From NCBI GenBank assembly GCA_025349965.1, contig CP075337.1:360001-392000 (forward strand): a stretch of 32,000 nucleotides of DNA. Direction: 5' to 3'. Each line of letters begins with the position of its first letter. Position 1 is the first letter of the stretch. Position numbers and translations under genes: made by a program. Positions 6,796 through 14,757 of the stretch are shown in pieces. Below the pieces are notes generated by a model. That model was given only the letters and a program-made list of their open reading frames with translations. It searched no databases and was not told the DNA's origin. The stretch comes from Candidatus Saccharimonadota bacterium. GTDB lineage: Bacteria > Patescibacteriota > Saccharimonadia > Saccharimonadales > Saccharimonadaceae.

Positions 6796-8358
6796 ATGCA
6801 TAGACGAATAGCACAAGGTTTCACTCTTGTTGAACTTATGATTGTCATTATAGTTATCGTCATCCTTGCTGTACTTGTCGGGGTTGGGTATAACGGTATT
6901 ATTGAAGGTGCTGGTGACCGGTCGCTCAAGTCGGATCTTCAGAGTGTTGAAGGGAAGATATCCCGGTATAAGGCCCAAAAAGGTGTGTACCCGGATACGT
7001 CCACGGCAAATGGGCTAGGACTCAATGTAAGCAATGATGCAACACTACTCTATCAAGGCGACGGCGGGTCTTGGTATTGCGCTTCGATTACATCCGCTGA
7101 TGGAACAACGACCTACAGTATAAGTGAAGAAGGTGTTATTCGCGATAAGAATTGCTCCTTACGGTGGAAAGCTGGTGATGATAGCCTCGGACAATTTTCT
7201 GTAGGAACGAACGGCTACGCGTGCGGTCTTGCTTTTGACGGCAAGGTGTACTGTTACGGCAATAATCTTAGTGGTGAGCTTGGTAACGGGGGAGGGTACT
7301 CGGGAGGGTTTGTTACTGCAGCCGTTGCGCAGGGCGCAATACCTGCTGGTGCCTCTCTAAAACAGGTGGCGACCGGGGGTAATTTCGCATGCGTACTAGC
7401 CTCAAACAATAAGATGTATTGCTGGGGTGGTAATTCATACGGACAACTTGGGGATAATACGACAACTCAACGAAAGACTCCGGTCGAGGTTCAGCAGGGG
7501 GCTATCCCTAGCGCTGCTACAATTAAACAGATTTTTGCAGGGCCGAACAATATGTGTGCATTAACGAATGACGGCAAGCTTTATTGTTGGGGGTATAATC
7601 TTGTCGGAGCTTTGGGTGACGGTACAACCACGAATAAATTAGTGCCTACTGCCGTATCTCAGGGCACAATGCCAGCTGGTGCGATTGTCCGGCAGGTCTC
7701 AATGAGTACTACTGTCACATGTGCTACCATCACCACGAGTGTTGATCTCTACTGCTGGGGTACGGGTGGATATGGGCAGCTAGGTAATAATGGGTATTCA
7801 TCCTCCTATACACCCTCGGTTGTATCACGGGGAGTAATGCCCGCCGGGGTGGCAATTGAACAGGTGGCTGTTGGCGACACTCATGTATGCGCCCTCCTTT
7901 CAAATAACGGACTTTATTGCTGGGGTACAAACGGAAACGGGCAAATTGGTGATGGTTCAACGACGAAGCGGATAGCGCCGACGGCAGTCTCTTTGGGTGT
8001 AATTCCTAGTTCGGTGAGTATTCGTCAAGTTGTGTCCGGAGGTAGCTACAGCTGCGCACTTGCATCGAATAAGGTTTATTGTTGGGGTAGAAATGATGTA
8101 GGGCAGTTAGGCAATGGGTCTAGTGTCCCTGCCTCTCCGTACGGCCTCTTGACGCCTGTTGCGACAGTGCAGGGCGCGATGCCGGCTCAGGGTAAGATTC
8201 AGAAGCTTGTCACCGTTCCAAATAATTTTGCGTCTACATGTGCAATTATGGATGATAGTTCGACATACTGCTGGGGAAGAAGCGCTGGATATTACGAGAA
8301 CGGCGCATATGAGGATAGGTTGGCGCCGGTGCGTATCCGGATGAATACGAGCTTGTGA
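6796..8358 (+). CDS. type IV prepilin-like N-terminus fused to a seven-bladed RCC1-repeat beta-propeller
   Basis: 520-aa ORF. MHRRIAQG|FTLVELMIVIIVIVILAVLV is a class III signal peptide with Glu at +5. It is followed by a pilin-head-sized region with C95/C120, then seven units of ~55 aa ending in YC(W/Y)GxNxxGQLGxG. AGGGG SD lies 5 nt upstream; the stop codon is TGA. Confidence 0.85.
   Translation: MHRRIAQGFTLVELMIVIIVIVILAVLVGVGYNGIIEGAGDRSLKSDLQSVEGKISRYKAQKGVYPDTSTANGLGLNVSNDATLLYQGDGGSWYCASITSADGTTTYSISEEGVIRDKNCSLRWKAGDDSLGQFSVGTNGYACGLAFDGKVYCYGNNLSGELGNGGGYSGGFVTAAVAQGAIPAGASLKQVATGGNFACVLASNNKMYCWGGNSYGQLGDNTTTQRKTPVEVQQGAIPSAATIKQIFAGPNNMCALTNDGKLYCWGYNLVGALGDGTTTNKLVPTAVSQGTMPAGAIVRQVSMSTTVTCATITTSVDLYCWGTGGYGQLGNNGYSSSYTPSVVSRGVMPAGVAIEQVAVGDTHVCALLSNNGLYCWGTNGNGQIGDGSTTKRIAPTAVSLGVIPSSVSIRQVVSGGSYSCALASNKVYCWGRNDVGQLGNGSSVPASPYGLLTPVATVQGAMPAQGKIQKLVTVPNNFASTCAIMDDSSTYCWGRSAGYYENGAYEDRLAPVRIRMNTSL
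7186..8340 (+). repeat. seven tandem RCC1-like coding repeats (~165 nt each)
   Basis: The protein-level period is 54-63 aa, with YCYG at 152 and YCWG at 208, 263, 319, 374, 428 and 491. The recurring DNA string is TAYTGYTGGGG. Confidence 0.8.
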
Positions 8359-8365
8359 TAACCTC

Positions 8366-8395
8366 TTGACAAAAGTGTGTTCAGTATGGTAACCT
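8366..8395 (+). promoter_or_regulatory. possible promoter for rplC and the downstream S10 operon
   Basis: TTGACA at 8366-8371, an 18-nt spacer, then TGgTAACCT with a poor -10 hexamer at 8390-8395. Confidence 0.25.
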
Positions 8396-8429
8396 ACTAG
8401 AGGTAACTTTACTAAAGTAATAAAAGTCG

Positions 8430-8516
8430 ATTCTTGGTGAATTGGTAAGTCCAGCAGAGTGCTGAGTTATGAAAATAACAGAGGTGCTCGGGAGGATACT
8501 GCCAGCCACCAAGAAT
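8430..8516 (+). promoter_or_regulatory. structured 5' leader upstream of rplC
   Basis: A 10-bp perfect long-range helix pairs ATTCTTGGTG (8430-8439) with CACCAAGAAT (8507-8516), enclosing ~67 nt. The enclosed region includes a small hairpin CAGCA-GAG-TGCTG (8452-8464). The helix ends 7 nt before the GGGAGA SD. Confidence 0.35.
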
Positions 8517-8539
8517 TTTAAGTGGGAGAAATGAAGAGC

Positions 8540-9163
8540 ATGAAAGCACTTCTCGGTACCAAAATTGGTATGACCCAACTCATCAGCGAAGATGGCAAGA
8601 CAGTTCCTGTCACGCTTATTCAAGCTGGACCTATCACAGTGACTCAAGTGAAGACCGTTGAAACAGACGGTTACAATGCTGTGCAAGTAGGTTATGGGGA
8701 GGGTAAGAACTTGAGCAAGGCCGTGGCTGGACACCTTAAGGCAGCCGAAATTACTCCGAAGCATATTCGTGAGTTCCGTATTGAAGACGAGTTAGAGGAG
8801 CTGACTGTTGGAAGTACAATCGATGTAACCGCATTTGAGCTCGGTGACGTTGTTGATGCAACAGGCATTAGCAAGGGTAAGGGCTTCGCAGGTAACATCA
8901 AACGACACAACTTTAACCGACATGGTAAATCCCACGGTGGTAAGGGTAATACTCGCCGCCCAGGTTCAATCGGTTCAATGTACCCACAGAAGGTCTTTAA
9001 GGGTAAGCGCATGGCAGGACGCATGGGTCACGAGCAGGTAACTGTGAAGAACCTCATCGTTAGCTATATCGACGCCGAAAACAACCTTATCGGTCTTAAG
9101 GGTGCAGTCCCTGGTCCAAAGAAGGGCCTTATCTCAATTGACATCGCAGGAGGTAAAGCATAA
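8540..9163 (+). CDS. rplC: 50S ribosomal protein L3
   Basis: MKALLGTKIGMTQ is a typical uL3 N-terminus. The ATG at 8540 lies 10 nt after the GGGAGA SD, whereas the track start at 8522 and the ATG at 8531 have no usable SD spacing. Confidence 0.93.
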   Translation: MKALLGTKIGMTQLISEDGKTVPVTLIQAGPITVTQVKTVETDGYNAVQVGYGEGKNLSKAVAGHLKAAEITPKHIREFRIEDELEELTVGSTIDVTAFELGDVVDATGISKGKGFAGNIKRHNFNRHGKSHGGKGNTRRPGSIGSMYPQKVFKGKRMAGRMGHEQVTVKNLIVSYIDAENNLIGLKGAVPGPKKGLISIDIAGGKA

Positions 9164-9777
9164 TGGCTGAGGCTAAGACTACAGCGAACGCAACACTTCC
9201 TAAGGAAGTTTTCGCGGTAGACGTGAAGAATCACGAACTACTCAAGCTTGCATACGATGCGTACCTTGCAAATGCTCGTCAAGCGAGTGCAACTACCAAA
9301 ACTCGCGGCGAAGTACGCGGTGGTGGTAAGAAGCCTTGGAAGCAGAAGGGTACTGGCCGTGCACGTTTCGGTTCAACCCGTAACCCAATTTGGCGTGGCG
9401 GTGGTATCGTATTTGGTCCACGTGGCAACGAGAACTACTCAAAGAAGATCTCAACGGCTGCAAAGCGCCAAGCTATCAAGCAGGCACTTACCCTTGCTGA
9501 GCAAGCAGGTAAGGTATCTGTAAACGATGTTAAGACAACTGGTAAGACTTCAGAAGTAGTGAAGTTCCTTGCAGACAACAAGCTTGATCGCAAGACACTC
9601 GTTGTTGTAGACGAAAAGACCCCAGAGTTAATCCGCGCTACCAACAACCTGCAGAACGTACTTCTTATCAGTACAAAGTACCTTAGCGTATACCACATTC
9701 TTAATGCGGACAACGTTGTACTTTCAAAGGCATCACTCCCAACACTTAAGAGCTGGCTCGTAAAGGAGGAGGCGTAA
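9163..9777 (+). CDS. rplD: 50S ribosomal protein L4
   Basis: 204 aa. GGGKKPWKQKGTGRARFGSTRNPIWRGGG is the uL4 signature. The start overlaps the rplC stop (TAATG). Confidence 0.97.
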   Translation: MAEAKTTANATLPKEVFAVDVKNHELLKLAYDAYLANARQASATTKTRGEVRGGGKKPWKQKGTGRARFGSTRNPIWRGGGIVFGPRGNENYSKKISTAAKRQAIKQALTLAEQAGKVSVNDVKTTGKTSEVVKFLADNKLDRKTLVVVDEKTPELIRATNNLQNVLLISTKYLSVYHILNADNVVLSKASLPTLKSWLVKEEA

Positions 9778-9778
9778 T

Positions 9779-10120
9779 ATGGCAAAGAACCTATCTACCA
9801 TCCTCGTTACTCCAGTAACGACTGAAAAGGCCTATGGCCTTAGCCAGAAGAACATCTACGTTTTCAACGTGCCACTTCAGGCTAACAAAAACGAAATCAC
9901 AGACGCTGTAACTTCACAGTACGGCGTTGAAGTAAAAGCTATCAAGACGCTTGTGCAATCAGGCAAGGCAGTTCGCTACTCACGTGGTAAGAACCGCTAC
10001 CCTGGTACAACACACCGTGTTGATACAAAGAAGGCATACGTGACACTTGCCGAAGGCAGTTCACTCGCACTCTTTGAAACACCAGAAGAAGAACCTAAGA
10101 CGAAAGAGGAGAAGAAGTAA
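9779..10120 (+). CDS. rplW: 50S ribosomal protein L23
   Basis: 113 aa in the conserved position. The uL23-like core is followed by an acidic/basic tail ETPEEEPKTKEEKK. Confidence 0.93.
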   Translation: MAKNLSTILVTPVTTEKAYGLSQKNIYVFNVPLQANKNEITDAVTSQYGVEVKAIKTLVQSGKAVRYSRGKNRYPGTTHRVDTKKAYVTLAEGSSLALFETPEEEPKTKEEKK

Positions 10121-10123
10121 TGG
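10102..10123 (+). repeat. 22-nt gene-junction repeat, copy 1 (rplW/rplB)
   Basis: GAAAGAGGAGAAGAAGTAATGG is identical to 11690-11711. It encodes the KEEKK C-terminus, an SD, the stop and the next start. Confidence 0.9.
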
Positions 10124-10959
10124 CGATTAAGCAATACAACCCAACTACTCCTGCTCGTCGTGGGATGACCTCACAAGACCTTAGCGACATTACAACTCGT
10201 AAGCCGCTAAAGAGTCTTACAAAGAGCAAGAAGCAAAACGCTGGTCGTAATAACAAGGGTCGCATTACTGTCCGTCACCGTGGTGGTGGTGTAAAGCGTC
10301 ACTATCGTCTTATGAACCACAACCTTGCGGCTGGTCTTGAAGTAACCGTTGAGCATATTGAGTACGACCCGAACCGTTCTGCGCGTATTGCACGTGTAAA
10401 GGACCAGCACGGTCTCTACCACTACATCCTCGCTGACACTTCTATGACAGTGGGCAAGGTAATCAAGAGCGGTGCAGAAGCTCCAATCGAGCAATCTAAC
10501 CGTATGCCACTTGCAAGTATTCCTGTTGGTACCCAAATCTACGCTATTGAAATGACAGCTGGTAAGGGCGCGCAAATGGTACGTTCAGCTGGTGCAAAAG
10601 CACAGCTTATGGCGAAAGAGGGCGATCACGCACTCGTACGTCTTCCTTCAGGGGAAGTTCGTAAGTTCCGTCTTGAGAACACAGCTGCAATTGGTGTTGT
10701 TGGAAACGTTCAGCACCAAAACGTTAAAATTGGTTCAGCAGGTCGCAAGCGTCGCAAGGGTATTCGCCCAACCGTACGTGGTGTTGTTATGAACGCCACA
10801 GATCACCCTCATGGTGGTGGTGACGGTGGACGTCACGGTGCTGGTAAGGCGCCTCGCACACCTTGGGGTCAACTTACCCTTGGGTACCGCACTCGTCGTC
10901 GCAAGGACGTTGCTGGCAACATTGTAAGGTCACGCCACGAGGCGAAGAGGAAGAGGTAA
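10120..10959 (+). CDS. rplB: 50S ribosomal protein L2
   Basis: 279 aa. [16 protein letters not shown] and [12 protein letters not shown] motifs are present. Confidence 0.98.
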   Translation: MAIKQYNPTTPARRGMTSQDLSDITTRKPLKSLTKSKKQNAGRNNKGRITVRHRGGGVKRHYRLMNHNLAAGLEVTVEHIEYDPNRSARIARVKDQHGLYHYILADTSMTVGKVIKSGAEAPIEQSNRMPLASIPVGTQIYAIEMTAGKGAQMVRSAGAKAQLMAKEGDHALVRLPSGEVRKFRLENTAAIGVVGNVQHQNVKIGSAGRKRRKGIRPTVRGVVMNATDHPHGGGDGGRHGAGKAPRTPWGQLTLGYRTRRRKDVAGNIVRSRHEAKRKR

Positions 10960-10960
10960 T

Positions 10961-11224
10961 ATGAGTCGATCACTAAAGAAAGGTCCTTTTATTGATCTCA
11001 AGCTTGCCAAAAAAGTGGCAGCCTTGAGTCTAGAAGACCGCACAGTTATCAAGACCTGGGCTCGTGCAAGCACGATTACCCCAGAAATGGTGGGTCGTAC
11101 TATTGCTGTTCACAACGGTAAGGTACACGTACCAGTGCTTATTTCGGAAAACATGGTAGGACACAAGCTCGGTGAGTTTAGCCCTACACGTAAGTTCCGT
11201 AAGCACGGAGGAAAGGCTAAGTAG
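10961..11224 (+). CDS. rpsS: 30S ribosomal protein S19
   Basis: 87 aa. [12 protein letters not shown]...IAVHNGK...[14 protein letters not shown]. Confidence 0.97.
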   Translation: MSRSLKKGPFIDLKLAKKVAALSLEDRTVIKTWARASTITPEMVGRTIAVHNGKVHVPVLISENMVGHKLGEFSPTRKFRKHGGKAK

Positions 11225-11225
11225 T

Positions 11226-11708
11226 ATGGCTGACACAACTATCGAAGTAGTACGTTCATACGCTAAGGGCGTTGACCAAGCTCCACGTAAGGTTGCTTTG
11301 GTTGCGAGCCTTGTGCGTGGACGCTCAGTAGCAGACGCTATTGTTATCCTTAACCACACTCCACGCCGTGCTGCACTTCCTGTTCGCAAGGCGATCGAAA
11401 GTGCACAGGCAAACGCAGTAAACAACCACGGATTTGACAGCAAGACACTTGTTATCAAGACACTCTCTGTGACTACTGGTACACGCATGAAGCGTTTCAA
11501 GCCAGCAAGTCGTGGACGCGCGCTGCCATTCCAAAAGAAGACTTCAAACATTCTTGTTGAAGTAACCGGTGAACTAAAGCCAAAGAAGGCGGCTCCAAAG
11601 GCTGCTGATGCAAAGGTTGAAAAGACAGAGGCTCCAAAGCCAGCTGCTAAGAAACCTGCCGCAAAGAAGGCTGAAGCGAAGCCAGCGAAGAAAGAGGAGA
11701 AGAAGTAA
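11226..11708 (+). CDS. rplV: 50S ribosomal protein L22 with a ~45-aa Lys/Ala/Pro-rich C-terminal tail
   Basis: The ATG at 11226 lies directly after the rpsS stop; the track start at 11172 overlaps rpsS and is rejected. The core reads APRKVALVASLVRGRSVADAIVIL. The tail reads KPKKAAPKAADAKVEKTEAPKPAAKKPAAKKAEAKPAKKEEKK. Confidence 0.93.
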   Translation: MADTTIEVVRSYAKGVDQAPRKVALVASLVRGRSVADAIVILNHTPRRAALPVRKAIESAQANAVNNHGFDSKTLVIKTLSVTTGTRMKRFKPASRGRALPFQKKTSNILVEVTGELKPKKAAPKAADAKVEKTEAPKPAAKKPAAKKAEAKPAKKEEKK

Positions 11709-11711
11709 TGG
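11690..11711 (+). repeat. 22-nt gene-junction repeat, copy 2 (rplV/rpsC)
   Basis: Identical to 10102-10123. Confidence 0.9.
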
Positions 11712-12340
11712 GACAGAAGGTTAATCCAATCAGTTTCCGTCTCCAAGTTCACAAGAACTGGGATTCACGCTGGTTTGCCCACAAGAAAGACTTTTCTCGC
11801 CTGCTTATCGAAGATATTAAGATTCGTGAGCACATTGAAAAGCGCTACTCAAGCCGCCCAACTATTGCGCGTATTGAGATCGAACGCTCTGCAAACCTCG
11901 TAACCGTAACAATTCACACTGCTAAGGCGGGTGTTGTTATCGGTCGTGGTGGTGCAGGTGTGACTGAACTTAAGAAGGAACTTGAAAAACTTGCAAGCCT
12001 TCCAGTTCGTATCAATATTGAAGAAGTGAAGCGCCCAGACCTTAGCGCGAAGCTTGTAGCTGAAAACATTGCACACCAGCTTGAACGTCGTTCAAACTTC
12101 CGTCGTGCGACGAAGATGGCTGCACAGAATGTTATGACAGCAGGTGCAAAGGGTGTTCGTATCCAAGTTGCTGGCCGTCTTAACAACGCTGAAATGGCTC
12201 GCCGCGAAAAGGTAAGCGAAGGTTCAGTTCCACTTCACACCCTTCGTGCTGATGTTGATTTCCACTCAGCTCGTGCCGCCCTTCCTGGTGCTGGTATCGT
12301 AGGTGTGAAGGTCTGGATCTACAAAGGTGAAAGGAGTTAA
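11708..12340 (+). CDS. rpsC: 30S ribosomal protein S3
   Basis: 210 aa. [12 protein letters not shown] plus the KH-domain GRGG motif. Confidence 0.97.
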   Translation: MGQKVNPISFRLQVHKNWDSRWFAHKKDFSRLLIEDIKIREHIEKRYSSRPTIARIEIERSANLVTVTIHTAKAGVVIGRGGAGVTELKKELEKLASLPVRINIEEVKRPDLSAKLVAENIAHQLERRSNFRRATKMAAQNVMTAGAKGVRIQVAGRLNNAEMARREKVSEGSVPLHTLRADVDFHSARAALPGAGIVGVKVWIYKGERS

Positions 12341-12345
12341 TCGGC

Positions 12346-12759
12346 ATGCTACTTCCTAAGAAAATGAAGCACCGTAAGGTTCGTAAGGGCCGAAACGACG
12401 GTCCGGCTACTTCTGGTAACTACATTGCTTTCGGTGACTACGCGCTTCAATCACAGAACAACAGCGACATCACTTCTCGCCAAATCGAGGCAGCTCGTCA
12501 GGCGATGACCCGTTACATCAAGCGTGGTGGTAAGATTTGGATTCGTATTTTCCCACATCTTCCACGTACTCGTAAGCCACAGGATGTAAAGATGGGTGGT
12601 GGTAAGGGTAACCCTGAGTTCTTCGTAGCTCGTGTGAAGCCTGGAACTATCATGTTTGAAATGCGTGGTGTTGAAGAACCGATTGCACGCGAAGCGATGC
12701 GCCTTGCTGCACACAAACTTCCAGTAAAGACTAAATTTATTGTAAGGGAGCAGGCATAA
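12346..12759 (+). CDS. rplP: 50S ribosomal protein L16
   Basis: 137 aa. [11 protein letters not shown]...RMGGGKG-like ([12 protein letters not shown]). Confidence 0.97.
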   Translation: MLLPKKMKHRKVRKGRNDGPATSGNYIAFGDYALQSQNNSDITSRQIEAARQAMTRYIKRGGKIWIRIFPHLPRTRKPQDVKMGGGKGNPEFFVARVKPGTIMFEMRGVEEPIAREAMRLAAHKLPVKTKFIVREQA

Positions 12760-12986
12760 TGGCGAAGACCCAAGCGAACACTAAGAATGCAGCGGTTGTA
12801 AAGACTGTAGAAGAACTTCACGAAGAAGTTGTAAAACTCCAAGAAGAACACCGCGAAACACGGCGCAGCCATCGTATGGGCGAACTTGTAAACCCACGCG
12901 CGCTCACCGTACAGCGTAAAGCAATTGCTCGCGCACTTACTGCACTTAATGCAGCTAAGAAGAGCGACAGCCAGGAGGAGAAATAA
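12759..12986 (+). CDS. rpmC: 50S ribosomal protein L29
   Basis: 75 aa in the conserved position between rplP and rpsQ, with a helical K/E-rich sequence. Confidence 0.88.
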   Translation: MAKTQANTKNAAVVKTVEELHEEVVKLQEEHRETRRSHRMGELVNPRALTVQRKAIARALTALNAAKKSDSQEEK

Positions 12987-12987
12987 T

Positions 12988-13275
12988 ATGGCAAAGACAT
13001 TGACCGGTATTGTTACCTCAAACAAGGCTGACAAGACCATCACTATTACTGTAACTAGCCGTGAAACACACCCTCTTTATGGGAAGCAGTACACGGTAAA
13101 CCGTAAGTACACTGCACACGATGAAAAGAACGAAGCGAACGAAGGTGATCGTGTAACGATTTCTGAAGTACGCCCAATCTCTAAGACGAAGTCTTTCGTG
13201 CTTGCAAGTATTGACGAGCGTGCACATGGTTCAATTGAACTTAAGGATGACGCAGTAGTTGAGGAGGATAAGTAA
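12988..13275 (+). CDS. rpsQ: 30S ribosomal protein S17
   Basis: The ATG at 12988 lies directly after the rpmC stop; the track start at 12925 is rejected. [22 protein letters not shown]...[28 protein letters not shown]. Confidence 0.94.
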   Translation: MAKTLTGIVTSNKADKTITITVTSRETHPLYGKQYTVNRKYTAHDEKNEANEGDRVTISEVRPISKTKSFVLASIDERAHGSIELKDDAVVEEDK

Positions 13276-13643
13276 TGATCCAACAAGAATCTCGACTTAA
13301 AGTAACCGACAACAGCGGTGCAAAGGAAATCCTTTGTATCCGTGTACTCGGTGGTACTGGACGCCGCTATGCTGGCGTGGGTGACATTATTGTTGCAACC
13401 GTAAAGGATGCAAACCCAACTGGTACTATAAAGAAGAAGTCTGTTGTAAAGGCTGTAGTGGTTCGTACTAAGAACCAAGTGAGGCGTAAAGACGGAAGCA
13501 CTATTTCTTTCGACGACAACGCAGCAGTGATCATTAACGACGACAAGACCCCTAAGGGTACTCGTGTGTTTGGTCCTGTGCCACGTGAACTACGTGACCT
13601 TGGCTACAACAAGATTATCAGCCTTGCGCCGGAGGTACTCTAG
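13275..13643 (+). CDS. rplN: 50S ribosomal protein L14
   Basis: 122 aa. [18 protein letters not shown]... Confidence 0.98.
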   Translation: MIQQESRLKVTDNSGAKEILCIRVLGGTGRRYAGVGDIIVATVKDANPTGTIKKKSVVKAVVVRTKNQVRRKDGSTISFDDNAAVIINDDKTPKGTRVFGPVPRELRDLGYNKIISLAPEVL

Positions 13644-13644
13644 T

Positions 13645-13887
13645 ATGCCTGCGCAACGAATTACAAAGGGTGATACCGTAAAGGTTATCAGCGGAGACCA
13701 CAAGGGTACAACTGCAAAGGTGCTCGCCGTTCTTACTCGTAAGAACGCAGTACTTCTTGAAGGTATCGGTCAGAAGCATCGCCACATCAAGCCTAATATG
13801 CTAAACCCACGAGGTGGATCAAAGGATATTCATATTCCTATGCCACTTTCAAAGGTGACACTAGAAAAAAAGGAGACTAAGAAGTAA
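13645..13887 (+). CDS. rplX: 50S ribosomal protein L24
   Basis: The ATG at 13645 lies directly after the rplN stop; the track start at 13564 is rejected. KGDTVKVISGDHKGTTAKV is a KOW motif. Confidence 0.93.
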   Translation: MPAQRITKGDTVKVISGDHKGTTAKVLAVLTRKNAVLLEGIGQKHRHIKPNMLNPRGGSKDIHIPMPLSKVTLEKKETKK

Positions 13888-14471
13888 TGGCAAAAGCTAC
13901 TACAACATCTACCGCTCCTCGCCTGAAAGCCTTGTATAACGAAACGTTTGCCAAGGAACTACAAGCCGAACTCGGTCTTTCGAACATTAACGAAGTACCT
14001 AGCCTTGAGAAGATCATCGTGAGTGTCGGTATCGGTAAGGACAAAGACAACAAGCACCACTACGAAGTGGTACGCAACACTGTAACTAAAATTACAGGTC
14101 AGCACCCAGTTGACCGCATGGCGAAGAAGTCTATCGCAGGTTTCAAGATTCGTGCAGGAATGAACCGTATTGGTCTTTCTGTAACGCTTCGTGAAGCCCG
14201 TATGTACGAATTCCTCGACCGTCTTGTAAACGTGAGCCTTCCTCGTGTTCGTGACTTCCACGGCGTGAGCAATAAAGCGTTTGACAAGGGTGGTAACTAC
14301 AACCTTGGTGTTGTTGAACAGTCTATTTTCCCTGAACTGACTTTTGAGGAAACTCAGCACGTTCATGGTCTACAGATTACATTTGTTATCAAGAACGGTA
14401 ACAAAGAAGCAAGTAAAGCGCTTCTTACAAAGTTTGGTATGCCGTTCCAGAAAGAAGGAGGCACACGCTAA
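13887..14471 (+). CDS. rplE: 50S ribosomal protein L5
   Basis: 194 aa. PRLKALYNE...[11 protein letters not shown]...RDFHGV motifs are present. Confidence 0.97.
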   Translation: MAKATTTSTAPRLKALYNETFAKELQAELGLSNINEVPSLEKIIVSVGIGKDKDNKHHYEVVRNTVTKITGQHPVDRMAKKSIAGFKIRAGMNRIGLSVTLREARMYEFLDRLVNVSLPRVRDFHGVSNKAFDKGGNYNLGVVEQSIFPELTFEETQHVHGLQITFVIKNGNKEASKALLTKFGMPFQKEGGTR

Positions 14472-14740
14472 TGGCTAAAACATCTGCAGTTGCACGCGAC
14501 GAAAAGCGCAAGAAAATGATTCAGAAGTATGCAGCTAAGCGTGCTGAACTTAAGGAACTCGGTGACCTCGAAGGTCTCCAGAAGCTTCCACGCAACAGTT
14601 CACCAACTCGTTGGAAGAACCGCGACGCCCTTCACGGACGTCCACACGGATACATGCGCCGCTTTGGCCTTAGCCGTATCAACTTCCGCGAAAAAGCATC
14701 AAAGGGTGAAATCCCTGGCGTTACAAAGAGTAGCTGGTAA
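14471..14740 (+). CDS. rpsN: 30S ribosomal protein S14 (long, Cys-free form)
   Basis: 89 aa. [26 protein letters not shown]...W C-terminus, with no CxxC zinc motif. Confidence 0.95.
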   Translation: MAKTSAVARDEKRKKMIQKYAAKRAELKELGDLEGLQKLPRNSSPTRWKNRDALHGRPHGYMRRFGLSRINFREKASKGEIPGVTKSSW

Positions 14741-14757
14741 GAAAGGAAAGAACGAAA

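Noticed and set aside
6658-6978. 106-aa and 77-aa minus-strand ORFs overlapping the pilin-RCC1 start
   Set aside because: They overlap the divergent promoter region and the well-supported prepilin N-terminus. Their translations have no recognisable features.
8356-8358. Possible alternative genetic code (UGA recoding, as in some CPR lineages)
   Set aside because: The pilin-RCC1 gene ends cleanly at TGA. All conserved proteins have normal lengths with standard stops, and no in-frame TGA interrupts any conserved gene, so this is the standard bacterial code.
5790-8508. Shared 8-mer GCCAGCCA (5790-5797 and 8501-8508) in the rpsJ and rplC leaders, as a possible common regulatory motif
   Set aside because: A shared 8-mer between two ~150-nt leaders is expected by chance about one time in three. 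The flanking similarity needs gaps, so this is insufficient evidence.
8381-8764. 127-aa minus-strand ORF across the rplC leader and 5' end
   Set aside because: It is antisense to rplC and its leader, with no expression signals.
11030-11752. 240-aa minus-strand ORF
   Set aside because: It is entirely antisense to the unmistakable rpsS/rplV genes. Its Ala/Phe/Ser-rich low-complexity translation mirrors the Lys/Ala-rich L22 tail, so it is a shadow ORF.
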